Source: Thermoplasmata archaeon (GTDB lineage: Archaea; Thermoplasmatota; Thermoplasmata; Lutacidiplasmatales; UBA184). Taken from it: a stretch of 64,000 bases of DNA. The stretch covers positions 2-64,001 of the forward strand of contig JAJYWS010000036.1 of assembly GCA_021791335.1 (NCBI GenBank), read 5' to 3'. Shown here one piece after another: positions 1 through 8,839 of this stretch (positions are counted from its first letter, which is position 1; the number at the start of each line of letters is the position of its first letter). The notes beneath the pieces are model-generated. The model had not been told where the DNA came from. It did not search any database and saw only the letters and a list, made by a program, of their open reading frames with translations. The translations under genes were made by a program, and so were the position numbers.

Positions 1-816
1 CCGCGGGCCCGGCCCGCTCCCACGTCCATCAGATCGTGAGGTTCTTGCCCACCCCAAGGTCCCCCCCCCGTCGCCCGCCAGACCCACGGCGCCTCCCGAG
101 CCCACACCGGCCCCTTCGGGCCCCCTCGTCCCGTTGCTCCTACCCTCCGCGATGACCCGCCGCGCCCAGGCGAACCGGACATCTCGGCCTCCTGGAGGCG
201 ACGTGCGGCGAGCCCCACCTACGAGCCGCCCTTGGGGCACAAGTCAAGCCGGTCCCGGTTGGCCGCCCTCCACAGAAGCGTTGGCCCACGTTGGAACAGT
301 GCCCGCGACGACCGTATCGGGACAACACCAATAGGAGGCGTCCGGGTCAAGCTACGATCCCGGGCCAAGCATGGTTCGCTAAAAGGACACTTCGACCCGA
401 GTGAATCTTCCACTGCCGAACCGTCGGATCGGCCCTCGACGAGCTCTCCTCGGCAAGCCGTAGGCGTTGCCTCGTTAGGCGACGGGGCTGTACAATCATC
501 CCCACAGTTCTGCTCGTTGGCGGGGTGGGCTGCCCGTCGTCTGTATGATGAGGAACGCCACCCTGACTCGGGACGCGGTCCTCGGCAGCCCTTCCTGACC
601 CAAAAGAGGGGCTCTCCTCAATCGTGGAGGTTCATACGTCGCCTCTCACTTAGTCTCTTGACCGGCTGGAGCGATTCTGCCGAACCGCAAGACCGGATCG
701 GTTCCTGTTCAACCGCATCAACGCCACGCCGCGTCACGGGTGACTCCGGTAAACGCCTGCTTTGACGGAGCCAGAAATAGACGAAGGAAAGGGTTCGGCC
801 AATCTGAAGGGAGCCT

Positions 817-3800
817 CTAAGGTTCGTCCCGCTTGCCCTTCTCCAGCTTTGCCCCGCTGGTCGACGAGCCCTTCCCGCGGCTGCCGATCGATGAGGAGCT
901 GCCCCGGGTTCGGCGGCGCCAGATATAGAAGATGGCCCCAAAGATGACGATGACCACCGCCGCGATCGCTCCGTAGGTCAGGTAGAGACTGGTCGGGCTC
1001 TGGGCGACCGAGACCGACAGCACCGCGACGTTCTGGGTGCCGTAACTCCCGGCGTACTCATTGCTCGCGGTCACGTTGGCGTAGAGGTAGACGTTGCCGG
1101 AGCTCGACGGGCTCCAGGTGATCTGGGCCCGCACCGTCGTGTTGTAGTTAAGCGCCGGGATAACGCCCGGGACGGGGGTCCGCCAGGCGATGGAACTCAC
1201 GACACCGTTGGTGTAGTTGTAGAAGGCAACCGAACTGTTGCGAGCGACCGTGGCCCTCGATCCGATGCCGTTCGGGGGGAGGGTGTACCACCAGACGCTC
1301 ACATTACGGGCCACCGACTTCGCGCCGCCACCCGCCGTGACGTTCACCCAGAAGGTGTACGAAGACCCTTGCGTCAGCGAGACAGGTCCGGTCAGGTTGT
1401 TGGCCGCCATGATGGGGGAGGTGGTGGCGTTGATCGAGACGCTCAGTGTCTGCGTCGAGCTGGCGCTGTTGTTGTTGAGATCCCAGACGGTCAGGTTGAT
1501 GGAGTAGGGCTTGGTCTCGGCGGGGAGGGCAATCTTGGGGTACGGCTTCACCGTGGTCGTGTTGATGAACAGGATCCGGGAACCGTTGTTCCACTTCGTG
1601 CTCGAGGGGTTGGTGATGTTCCAGCTGTAGCGGACGATCGTCCCGTTGTTCGGGTCGGTGGAGTTGGCGGCATTGAGTTGAACCACCGCACTGAAGTTGG
1701 CCCCGCTCCCAATGAGCCCACTCACGGGCACGGGCTTGCCCGCCTGGTTGAGCAGCTGGAACTTGGAGACCGGGCGTTGGCTGTCGTTGACCAGCACGAT
1801 CAGGGAGGTGGTGCTGGACTCCCCGACCCCGTTCCACACGGTCAGGTTGACGGTGTACCGCCAGCCGTGGAAGTTAACGGTCGTACCATTGATGACCGTA
1901 CTGTTCAGGTACTGGCCGGGCGGCGGCGACTGGCCGAAGACGACCGTGAGGTTGGTGCCAAATCGGGCGCCCTTGGCCACCGAGTAGTTGGCGGTGATCT
2001 TGTTGTTGGAGCTCTGGACCACGAAGTAGGCGACCGACAGCACACCGGGGATGCCCGGCGCGCCGGGGGAGGTCACTGCGCGCGAGGCGGTGGCGTTGAT
2101 CTGGAGCAGCGTCGACCAGTTGAGCAGGATGTAGCCGGAGTGGATCATGGACGCGGTCGCGTTGGTGGCGATCCCCGCAGTAACCTGTCCCGGAGCGACC
2201 ACCCAGACATGGAAGGTCACGTTGGCTGTCAATCCTCCCGAGCTGGTCAGGTTGAGCCAGCCCGTGTAGGGAGTGGCTCCCGTCGTCGCGGCCGTGTAGG
2301 TGTGGTTGGTGGTGGCGGTCGTCGTGGTGACCGTCGGGGTGTTGTCGCCGAAGTTCCAGGTGAACCGGGTCCCATTGGTTCCGGCGGGATAGGTCGAGTT
2401 CAGCGCACTGAAGACGGCGGTCTGCCCGACCCCGACCACGACGGTGTAGTTCCCGTGGGTCTGGTTGAACACATTCTTGGCGGAGAAGGCAAAGTTGGGG
2501 ACCGAGACGTTAACGTTCGCCGAAGGCGCCGAGTAGCGGACGATCGGGAGGCTGATCGTGCCCGGACCTGCCCCCGGCGAGGTCGCCAGCGTGAATGCGG
2601 TCCAGGTCCCACCGGTGCCCACCGGGACCAGCCGGGTGTTCGCCGGGGCGGCGGTTCCCGCTGCCAGGACGTAGCCCTGGGGGAGGATGACGGTGTAGTT
2701 GTTGGTCGCGACGTTCGATCCCGAGCCGTGGTACGCGAAGGAGATGGTGTAGCGGGAGGAGTTGCGGGCCGTGGTCCCGTTGAGGGCATACTGGCTGCCC
2801 CAGGCATAGGAGATGTAGGCCGGCGAGTCGAGGCTGCAGACCGCCACACAACTGGAGTCGTTGGTGAGCGTGTTCTGGGTCATCGGGGAGGCTTGGACGA
2901 AGCCCGTCCCGTTGATCGAGAGCCCCGCCTGCTGGGCCGGGAAGAATGGCCCCATCGCGGCCAGCATCTGGTAGAACGACGGCAGCTGGCTCGCGGAGAG
3001 GGTCAGCGAGTGGTTGAAGTCCAGTCCAAGCTGGGCCCAGAGCTGGCCGACCGAACTGTTGCCCAGCCAGGGGAGGGCCGTCTGATTACCCAAGAGGGCC
3101 ACGGTCGAGACATTGGTCGTCCCATTTCCCTGCAGCGGGTTGAACCCGGAGAGATCGATGGTCGTGAAATAATGAGCCCGGTTGACGTTGGCCAACGGGA
3201 CCATGTTGACGTTGCGGAAGAGCGCGGTGTTGGCCGTGACGTTGACCGCATAGCTGGCGGTCTGGTAGCCGACGGCCGATAGGATGACCACGAAAGGTTG
3301 GCTGCCGGACGTCCCGAAACTGAATCCCTGAGGGTAGGTGGGTACGGAGTAGAAGCCGCCCGGAGGGGTCGGGAAGCTGTAGATGTAGTTGTTCAGGGGA
3401 TCGTAGAGGGTCACGTTCCCGGGCGTCGGCACATGCGTCGAGGTCCCGGCGATGTTCATGAAGCCGGTGATCATGTAGCGCTGGACGACCGGATTGACCG
3501 TCAGCGTCGGCGATTGGATCGTCACTGCCGTCGTGTTGTAGTAGGTCGTGGGCCCGGTGAGGGTGGTCCGTAGGACCCAGCTGCCGTAGGGGACCGGGAA
3601 GGAGAATGCCCCGGTGGTCGAATTGCTGCGGACCTGGTTGAGCACGACATCGTTGTAGTGCGGTGCCAGCAATTGGAGGAGCGCCCCACCTGCCACCTGG
3701 GTTCCGGAGTACGTCGTCCCGGAGAGCGTCGCGTTGTAGGGCAGGATCGCCACGTTCGGAATCGTGACCTGATTGGAGGTGCTCGAGAGGTTGGCGGCAC

Positions 3801-4191
3801 TCTGATAGCTGTAGATCGGAGTGGCGTTGGAGAGCACCGCGCAGGGGCTGCACCCGGTGAGGCTCACATTCGTGCGGATCGGGGTCCAGACCCCCCACCA
3901 TCCGGGGCCGAGAGCGCCGGCGGTGTTCGCGGAGTTGAAGACAAACTGACCCCCGGCGGACGTCGTGGTCGAGTAGACCGTGGTCGGGGAGGTCTGGGAC
4001 GCCAGGTCAACGGTGACCCCGGCCGGAACCGGAGCGACTCCACCGGGCTGCTCGGCGTATCCCACCAGCCGGTACCCCGACGATGAGGACGCGCCCACAG
4101 TTCCGGTGAAGGCGGCCAGCGACGAAACCAGCACTACCGCCACCACGAGCCAGAGAATGGCTTGCGGACCCTGTCTACCCAACTGTTTCAC
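817..4191 (-). CDS. large membrane-anchored cell-surface (S-layer-like) glycoprotein
   Basis: 1124-aa ORF. N-terminal hydrophobic signal/anchor (ILWLVVAVVLVSSLAAF). C-terminal TM helix (YGAIAAVVIVIFGAIFYIW) followed by a basic, Ser-rich tail. T/S/N/V/G-rich, with roughly 50 N-x-S/T sequons by hand count. GTG start preceded by GGAG. Confidence 0.85.
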   Translation of the reverse strand: MKQLGRQGPQAILWLVVAVVLVSSLAAFTGTVGASSSSGYRLVGYAEQPGGVAPVPAGVTVDLASQTSPTTVYSTTTSAGGQFVFNSANTAGALGPGWWGVWTPIRTNVSLTGCSPCAVLSNATPIYSYQSAANLSSTSNQVTIPNVAILPYNATLSGTTYSGTQVAGGALLQLLAPHYNDVVLNQVRSNSTTGAFSFPVPYGSWVLRTTLTGPTTYYNTTAVTIQSPTLTVNPVVQRYMITGFMNIAGTSTHVPTPGNVTLYDPLNNYIYSFPTPPGGFYSVPTYPQGFSFGTSGSQPFVVILSAVGYQTASYAVNVTANTALFRNVNMVPLANVNRAHYFTTIDLSGFNPLQGNGTTNVSTVALLGNQTALPWLGNSSVGQLWAQLGLDFNHSLTLSASQLPSFYQMLAAMGPFFPAQQAGLSINGTGFVQASPMTQNTLTNDSSCVAVCSLDSPAYISYAWGSQYALNGTTARNSSRYTISFAYHGSGSNVATNNYTVILPQGYVLAAGTAAPANTRLVPVGTGGTWTAFTLATSPGAGPGTISLPIVRYSAPSANVNVSVPNFAFSAKNVFNQTHGNYTVVVGVGQTAVFSALNSTYPAGTNGTRFTWNFGDNTPTVTTTTATTNHTYTAATTGATPYTGWLNLTSSGGLTANVTFHVWVVAPGQVTAGIATNATASMIHSGYILLNWSTLLQINATASRAVTSPGAPGIPGVLSVAYFVVQSSNNKITANYSVAKGARFGTNLTVVFGQSPPPGQYLNSTVINGTTVNFHGWRYTVNLTVWNGVGESSTTSLIVLVNDSQRPVSKFQLLNQAGKPVPVSGLIGSGANFSAVVQLNAANSTDPNNGTIVRYSWNITNPSSTKWNNGSRILFINTTTVKPYPKIALPAETKPYSINLTVWDLNNNSASSTQTLSVSINATTSPIMAANNLTGPVSLTQGSSYTFWVNVTAGGGAKSVARNVSVWWYTLPPNGIGSRATVARNSSVAFYNYTNGVVSSIAWRTPVPGVIPALNYNTTVRAQITWSPSSSGNVYLYANVTASNEYAGSYGTQNVAVLSVSVAQSPTSLYLTYGAIAAVVIVIFGAIFYIWRRRTRGSSSSIGSRGKGSSTSGAKLEKGKRDEP

Positions 4192-4247
4192 GTCTCCTCT
4201 TTTGGCGTCCGCCTATCGGCGGGCTCGGCGCCGAACCTTGCCCCTCT

Positions 4248-4256
4248 ACTTATAGC
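4248..4256 (-). promoter_or_regulatory. TATA-like element upstream of the surface glycoprotein gene
   Basis: The minus strand reads GCTATAAGT about 60 nt upstream of the GTG start at 4191. It is the only AT-rich patch in the 108-nt intergenic region. Confidence 0.3.
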
Positions 4257-4299
4257 TTGCCCGGGAAACGCCTTCGGGGGGCGCCCCGCACGGGCCGGT

Positions 4300-6525
4300 C
4301 TATCGATAGATGCCCTCGACGGGGCTTTCCCGTCGGCGGCTCGCGCGGTCCCGGCTGGCCTGCTTCGCAAACTCCTCGTAGAACTTGAGGCTCTCCGAGT
4401 CGCAGGAGGCGTGGATCTGCCGCATCGCCTCCTCGAAGTGGGCGGGGGTGATGACCGAGGCCCGCTGGTTCTCCCGGATCGCGGTCAGGCCGGCTTCCCG
4501 GCAGAGGGCCGCGAGATCGCTGCCGACGTACCCGGCGGAGCGGGCGGCGATCTCGGCCAGGTTCACCTCGGGCGAGAGGGGCATCTTGCGGGTGTGGACC
4601 CGGAGGATCTCGAGCCGACCGTCCGCGTTCGGAGGTTCGACATAGAGGAGACGGTCGAAGCGACCGGTCCTCAGCAGGGCCTCGTCGAGGATGTCCGGTC
4701 GGTTGGTCGCCGCCAGGACCAGGACCCGCTCGAGCGACTCCAGCCCGTCGATGGAGGTGAGCAACTGGTTCACGATCCGCTCGGTGACCCCGCTGGAGGT
4801 CTGGAGTCCACGGCGCGGCGCGATGGAATCGATCTCGTCGATGAAGACAATCGCGGGGGAGGCCTGGCGGGCCTTCTTGAAGATCATCCGGACCGCCTTC
4901 TCGCTGTCGCCCACCCATTTGCTCATGACCTCGGGGCCCTTGACCGAGATGAAGTTCGCCTGGCTCTCCGTCGCGGCCGCCTTGGCGAGTAGGGTCTTTC
5001 CGACCCCGGGAGGGCCGTAGAGCAGGATGCCCCGCGGAGGTTCGATCCCCAGGTGCCGGTAGACCTGGGGATTCTTGAAGGGGAGCTCGACCGACTCCTC
5101 GAGGACCCGGCGGACCCGGCCGACTCCGCCGACCTCCTCCCACCGGGTGGACGGGACCTCGACCGTGACATCCCGGAGGCTCGACGGTTCGATCTGCTTC
5201 AGGGCCTCCTTGAAGTCCCGGTCGGTGACCTTCATCCGTTCCAGGAGGGCGAGCGGGATCGGCTGGTCGAAGTCGATCTCCGGCAGGTAGCGACGCAGGG
5301 CCCGCATCGCCGCCTCCCGGGCGAGCGCCGAGAGATCGGCGCCGACGAACCCGTGGCTCAGGGCCGCCAACTCGCGGATGGTCTTTTCCCGCTCCCGCTC
5401 GGTCCCCTCGATCGGCATGCCCCGGGTGTGGATCTGCAGGATCTCGAGGCGGCCGGCCTGGGTCGGCACGCCGATCTCGATCTCCCGGTCGAACCGGCCC
5501 GGCCGCCGGAGGGCCGGATCGATGGCCTCCTCCCGGTTCGTGGCCCCGATGACGATCACGTTGCCCCGGCCCGAGAGGCCGTCCATGAGGGTCAGCAGCT
5601 GGGCGACGACCCGCCGCTCGACCTCCCCGACCACCTCGTCCCGGCGGGGAGCGATCGAATCGAGCTCGTCGATGAAGATGACGCTCGGGGCGTTCTTCTC
5701 GGCCTCCTCGAACTTTTCCCGCAGCTCCTTTTCGCTCTCCCCGTAGTACTTCGAGATGATCTCGGGCCCTTGGATCCCGATGAAGTGCGCCCCGGCCTCG
5801 TTGGCGACCGCCTTGGCGATCATCGTCTTTCCCGTGCCCGGCGGCCCGTAGAGCAGGACCCCCTTGGGCGGGGAGATCGCCAGCCGGTCGAACAGCTCCG
5901 GGTGCTTGAGCGGCAGCTCGATCATCTCCCGGACCCGCCCGAGCTTCTCCTTGAGGCCCCCGATGTCCTCGTAGGAGACCCGGGGCGCGGTGACCTCCGA
6001 CTCGTTGACCGTCTCCGGCTTGATGGTGATCTGGGTCCGTGGGGCCACCTGGACGATCCCCTTCGGCTGCGTGGCGACGACCATGAAGGGCAGCGAGCCG
6101 CCCATGAGGAAGATCCCCGGAATCACGAAGACATCCCCCCGGATGAACGGGCGCCGGGCGAGCGCCTTGTGGACGAACGTCTCGAGGCCGGCGCCGATGT
6201 CCATCTTGGCGGAGCCGGAGTAGATCGGGGCGATCGTGATGGTCTCCGCGATCGGCGCGTCGACCCGTTGGACGAGCACCCGGTCCCCGATGCTGACGCC
6301 GGCGTTCCGACGGACGACGGCCTCGATCCGGACGAGACCCTTGCCCTCGTCGTCGGGCGCCGACCGGTTGACGATCGCCGGGGTCGGTTTCCGCCCGCGG
6401 ACTTCGATCACATCGCCGATGCCCACCTTGAGCCGTTGCCGGGTCTGGGTGTCGAGCCGGGCGGTCCCCAGTCCGATATCCTGCTGGAACGCCTCGAAGA
6501 CCCGGAGGGTGACCGCTTCGGTCAT
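4300..6525 (-). CDS. cdc48: CDC48/VCP-type AAA+ ATPase
   Basis: 741 aa. An N-terminal CDC48-N-like region is followed by two AAA modules with Walker A GPPGTGKT and GPPGVGKT and Walker B IFIDELD / VFIDEID. Typical archaeal Cdc48 length. Confidence 0.97.
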   Translation of the reverse strand: MTEAVTLRVFEAFQQDIGLGTARLDTQTRQRLKVGIGDVIEVRGRKPTPAIVNRSAPDDEGKGLVRIEAVVRRNAGVSIGDRVLVQRVDAPIAETITIAPIYSGSAKMDIGAGLETFVHKALARRPFIRGDVFVIPGIFLMGGSLPFMVVATQPKGIVQVAPRTQITIKPETVNESEVTAPRVSYEDIGGLKEKLGRVREMIELPLKHPELFDRLAISPPKGVLLYGPPGTGKTMIAKAVANEAGAHFIGIQGPEIISKYYGESEKELREKFEEAEKNAPSVIFIDELDSIAPRRDEVVGEVERRVVAQLLTLMDGLSGRGNVIVIGATNREEAIDPALRRPGRFDREIEIGVPTQAGRLEILQIHTRGMPIEGTEREREKTIRELAALSHGFVGADLSALAREAAMRALRRYLPEIDFDQPIPLALLERMKVTDRDFKEALKQIEPSSLRDVTVEVPSTRWEEVGGVGRVRRVLEESVELPFKNPQVYRHLGIEPPRGILLYGPPGVGKTLLAKAAATESQANFISVKGPEVMSKWVGDSEKAVRMIFKKARQASPAIVFIDEIDSIAPRRGLQTSSGVTERIVNQLLTSIDGLESLERVLVLAATNRPDILDEALLRTGRFDRLLYVEPPNADGRLEILRVHTRKMPLSPEVNLAEIAARSAGYVGSDLAALCREAGLTAIRENQRASVITPAHFEEAMRQIHASCDSESLKFYEEFAKQASRDRASRRRESPVEGIYR

Positions 6526-6548
6526 TCCTCCCGACGACCGAGAGTTGA

Positions 6549-6558
6549 GGTAAATAGG
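6549..6558 (-). promoter_or_regulatory. TATA-like element for cdc48 (near-leaderless spacing)
   Basis: taaata at 6551-6556 (TATTTA on the minus strand), centred about 28 nt upstream of the cdc48 ATG at 6525. Confidence 0.35.
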
Positions 6559-6635
6559 TTGTCCTCGACCGGGGCCCCCCCCACCCGGCCGGCTCCACCC
6601 CCCAAGGGCATTAAGGCGGGAGTCCTGACCGGAGC

Positions 6636-7556
6636 GTGGAGAGCGGACATCCCGACACCGAATGGATGGAGCCGCTGGAGCGGATCCTGTCGGCCGCCGG
6701 CTACGAGGTCCAGGCCCGTCCCGAGGGCCTGGTCGCCCTCCGGGGCCGGGACCGACGCGGCGTCGTCATGGTCCGGGGGCTACAGTCCCCGGTGGAGATC
6801 GCCCCCCTGTTTCCCGCCGACATCGTTCATCGCAGCGCCGTCTACCGCGACGACCCGGGACCGGTCGCCCGCAGCCTCGCCGCCGATCGGGGGATCGAGG
6901 TCATCGACCGGAGCACGCTCGGCGCCTCGCTCGGCGAGATCCTCCTCTGGCCCGGGGTCCAACGCTCCGACCCGGGGACCGAGTCGGTTACGACGCCCCT
7001 CGAGCCCCCGATGGCCGTCTTCCCGGCCGGCGAACCGATCGTCCGCCCCCGGCTCGGCCGGCGCGAGATCGAGATCATGCACGGGATCGAGGGGGCCAGC
7101 TACCGACTCCGGCTGGTGCCCTTCTACCTCGGGGCCTACCGGGTCCGCAGCCCGGCGGCCCACGGAGAGCCCGGCCCGACCAGTGATCACCTGGTCGCGG
7201 TCCATGCGATCTCCCAGCGGGCCGAGATCTGGGAGATTGGCGATCGGGACTGGACCCCCGAACTTTCCGACCCCCACGACCGCCTCGACGCGGTCCTGCC
7301 GGTGGAAGCGGCCGAGGCCCGCGCCCGCGAGGCGATCCGACGCCACCACACCATCGCCATCGACCACACCGAGCAGCACGGCGGCGCGATGGTCATCGAG
7401 AAGCGGCGCATCCCTCCGGCGCCCGACGACCTCCGGCTCGGCCCGATGGCGACCATCTTCGTGCCCTACTGGTATGTCGAAAGCTCGCGCGGCCGGCACG
7501 TGATCGACGCCACCACGGGGCGGGCGGTCCTCCCCGAAGGGGACGGCCCCGGCTGA
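6636..7556 (+). CDS. hypothetical protein with an N-terminal restriction-endonuclease-fold-like domain (apparently degenerate)
   Basis: 306-aa ORF with balanced composition. The N-terminal ~100 aa (LERILSAAGYEVQARPEGLVALRG...VMVRG...IEVIDRSTL) follows the Mrr/NERD-like topology, but I see no clear D...ExK catalytic triad. The C-terminal part has two beta-rich modules ending ...VPYWYVESSRGRHVIDATTGRAV. GTG start at 6636; an alternative ATG lies at 6666. Confidence 0.7.
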   Translation: MESGHPDTEWMEPLERILSAAGYEVQARPEGLVALRGRDRRGVVMVRGLQSPVEIAPLFPADIVHRSAVYRDDPGPVARSLAADRGIEVIDRSTLGASLGEILLWPGVQRSDPGTESVTTPLEPPMAVFPAGEPIVRPRLGRREIEIMHGIEGASYRLRLVPFYLGAYRVRSPAAHGEPGPTSDHLVAVHAISQRAEIWEIGDRDWTPELSDPHDRLDAVLPVEAAEARAREAIRRHHTIAIDHTEQHGGAMVIEKRRIPPAPDDLRLGPMATIFVPYWYVESSRGRHVIDATTGRAVLPEGDGPG

Positions 7557-7594
7557 CCGCTCGGGGTCAAATACCGAGGGCCCCTTCCGCCCCC

Positions 7595-8209
7595 ATGCTC
7601 CTCGAGCAGTTCCCGATCGGGCCGTACCAGAACTTCACCTATCTGGTGGCCGATCGGGCGGGCGGCGAGGGGGTCGTGATCGATCCCTCCTTCGGGATCG
7701 AGCCGGTCCTGGCCGCGATCGACCGGCATCGGCTCAAGATCCGTCACATCCTCGTCACCCACCGGCACGCCGACCACCACGCCGGGGCCGCCGAAGTCCG
7801 CGCCCGGACCGGGGCCCGGATCGTCGCCCACGCGCTCGCCCCCATCGGTCAGGAGGTCTCGGTCCAGGACGGCGAGGAGTTCCGATCCGGCCCGCTCGCG
7901 GTCCGGGTCATCCACACCCCGGGCCATACCCCCGACAGCGTCCTCTACCTCATCGAGGGCCACGTGGCGACGGGCGATACCCTCTTCGTCGGAGAGTGCG
8001 GCCGGGTCGACCTGCCCGAGAGCGACCCCGAGGCGATGTACGATAGCCTCCTCCACCGGGTCTTGGCCCTCGACGATCGGCTCATCGTGCTCCCGGGTCA
8101 TGACTACGGCCCCACCCCGACGTCCACCATCGGCCGGGAGCGGACGGAGAACTACACCCTGAAGCCCCGGAGCCTCGAGGAGTTCCTCCAGTTCATCCGA
8201 TCGGAGTGA
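7595..8209 (+). CDS. MBL-fold metallo-hydrolase (glyoxalase II-like)
   Basis: 204 aa. HRHADHH metal-binding motif, later HTPGHTPDS and a GD...PGHDYG pattern typical of the metallo-beta-lactamase fold. Confidence 0.9.
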   Translation: MLLEQFPIGPYQNFTYLVADRAGGEGVVIDPSFGIEPVLAAIDRHRLKIRHILVTHRHADHHAGAAEVRARTGARIVAHALAPIGQEVSVQDGEEFRSGPLAVRVIHTPGHTPDSVLYLIEGHVATGDTLFVGECGRVDLPESDPEAMYDSLLHRVLALDDRLIVLPGHDYGPTPTSTIGRERTENYTLKPRSLEEFLQFIRSE

Positions 8210-8215
8210 GGGGGG

Positions 8216-8800
8216 ATGCCGCTACCCCCGGAGTCGGAGCGCCCGTTGCGGGCCGTCGGGGCGGTCCGGCGCACGCCCGGTACCCCGACGGCCGAGGAGC
8301 TCGTCCGGCGGCTGCGCCAGGTCGCCGGCGAAGGGGACGCGCTGGTCGCTCTGATCGATGCCGAGGCCGTCGCCGGGGAGCGGCACCTGCTCTCCGCCTG
8401 GGCCCATTTGGGCCGAGCCCGCAGCCGAGGCGAAGCCCGGCTCCGGGACCGGGGCGCCGAATTGTTGATCTACCTGGCCGGTGACGATCAGCTGCCCCGG
8501 GCCTTGAAGAAGGTCGGAATCGGCGAATCGACCGACCGGTTCGTCGTGGCGGCCGAGCGTCCCCGGGAGCTCCACGCGCTGCTGGAACAGTTTGGACTGG
8601 TGGCCGACCGCTCGGTCTTCCCCCGCCCTCCGACGGAGGCGACGCTCGACCGTCTCGAGATCTCTTCCGAGGACCGGCAGACCGTCCCCCCCGCGCAGTG
8701 GGAGGGCCTGGTCCTGGAGCGGGTCGCCCTCGTCGACCTGACCCTCAAGGGCCGGCCCGAGCCCTCCCGATCCGGAGCGGGCCGGCCCCAAAAGCCTTAG
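8216..8800 (+). CDS. cgi121: KEOPS complex subunit Cgi121-like
   Basis: 194 aa. The residue pattern ...ALIDAEAVAGERHLLSAWAHL...AELLIYLAGDDQLPRALKKVGIGEST...LVLERVALVDLTLK parallels archaeal Cgi121 as I recall it (ADVV..KKHVLHA..., EILVRASGQRQI.EAIK..G, ...ALIELKK). Confidence 0.65.
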   Translation: MPLPPESERPLRAVGAVRRTPGTPTAEELVRRLRQVAGEGDALVALIDAEAVAGERHLLSAWAHLGRARSRGEARLRDRGAELLIYLAGDDQLPRALKKVGIGESTDRFVVAAERPRELHALLEQFGLVADRSVFPRPPTEATLDRLEISSEDRQTVPPAQWEGLVLERVALVDLTLKGRPEPSRSGAGRPQKP

Positions 8801-8839
8801 AGGGGGGGCCCGTGCCCGGACGCCGCGGGGGGCTCCCGC

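Noticed and set aside
268-290. CACAGAAGCGTTGGCCCA resembles the RNase P CR-V element (ACAGAAnnnGGCUUA). I considered an RNase P RNA whose 3' end lies at about 300 and whose 5' part is off the window.
   Set aside because: No upstream CR-IV-like element was seen in 1-270, and the P4 partner cannot be checked because it would lie outside the window. A similar string also occurs by chance inside the CDS at 925-945.
1-330. Very C/G-rich left edge (for example CCCCCCCCC at 61-69). I checked for the end of a plus-strand gene or the start of a minus-strand gene running off the window.
   Set aside because: All six frames translate to P/R/G-rich low-complexity peptide, and nothing can be supported from 330 nt.
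1369-3282. 637-aa plus-strand ORF antisense to the surface glycoprotein gene, with several shorter ones in 1238-4255.
   Set aside because: The translation is dominated by R/G/D/V/P/E runs, typical of antisense reading of ~70% GC coding DNA. It lies wholly inside a far more protein-like ORF that has signal, anchor and sequon features.
4250-7503. 782-aa minus-strand (4250-6598) and 816-aa plus-strand (5053-7503) ORFs overlapping cdc48.
   Set aside because: These are off-frame or antisense shadows of cdc48 with extreme R/P/G/D content and no motifs. cdc48 in the third frame has unambiguous AAA+ signatures.
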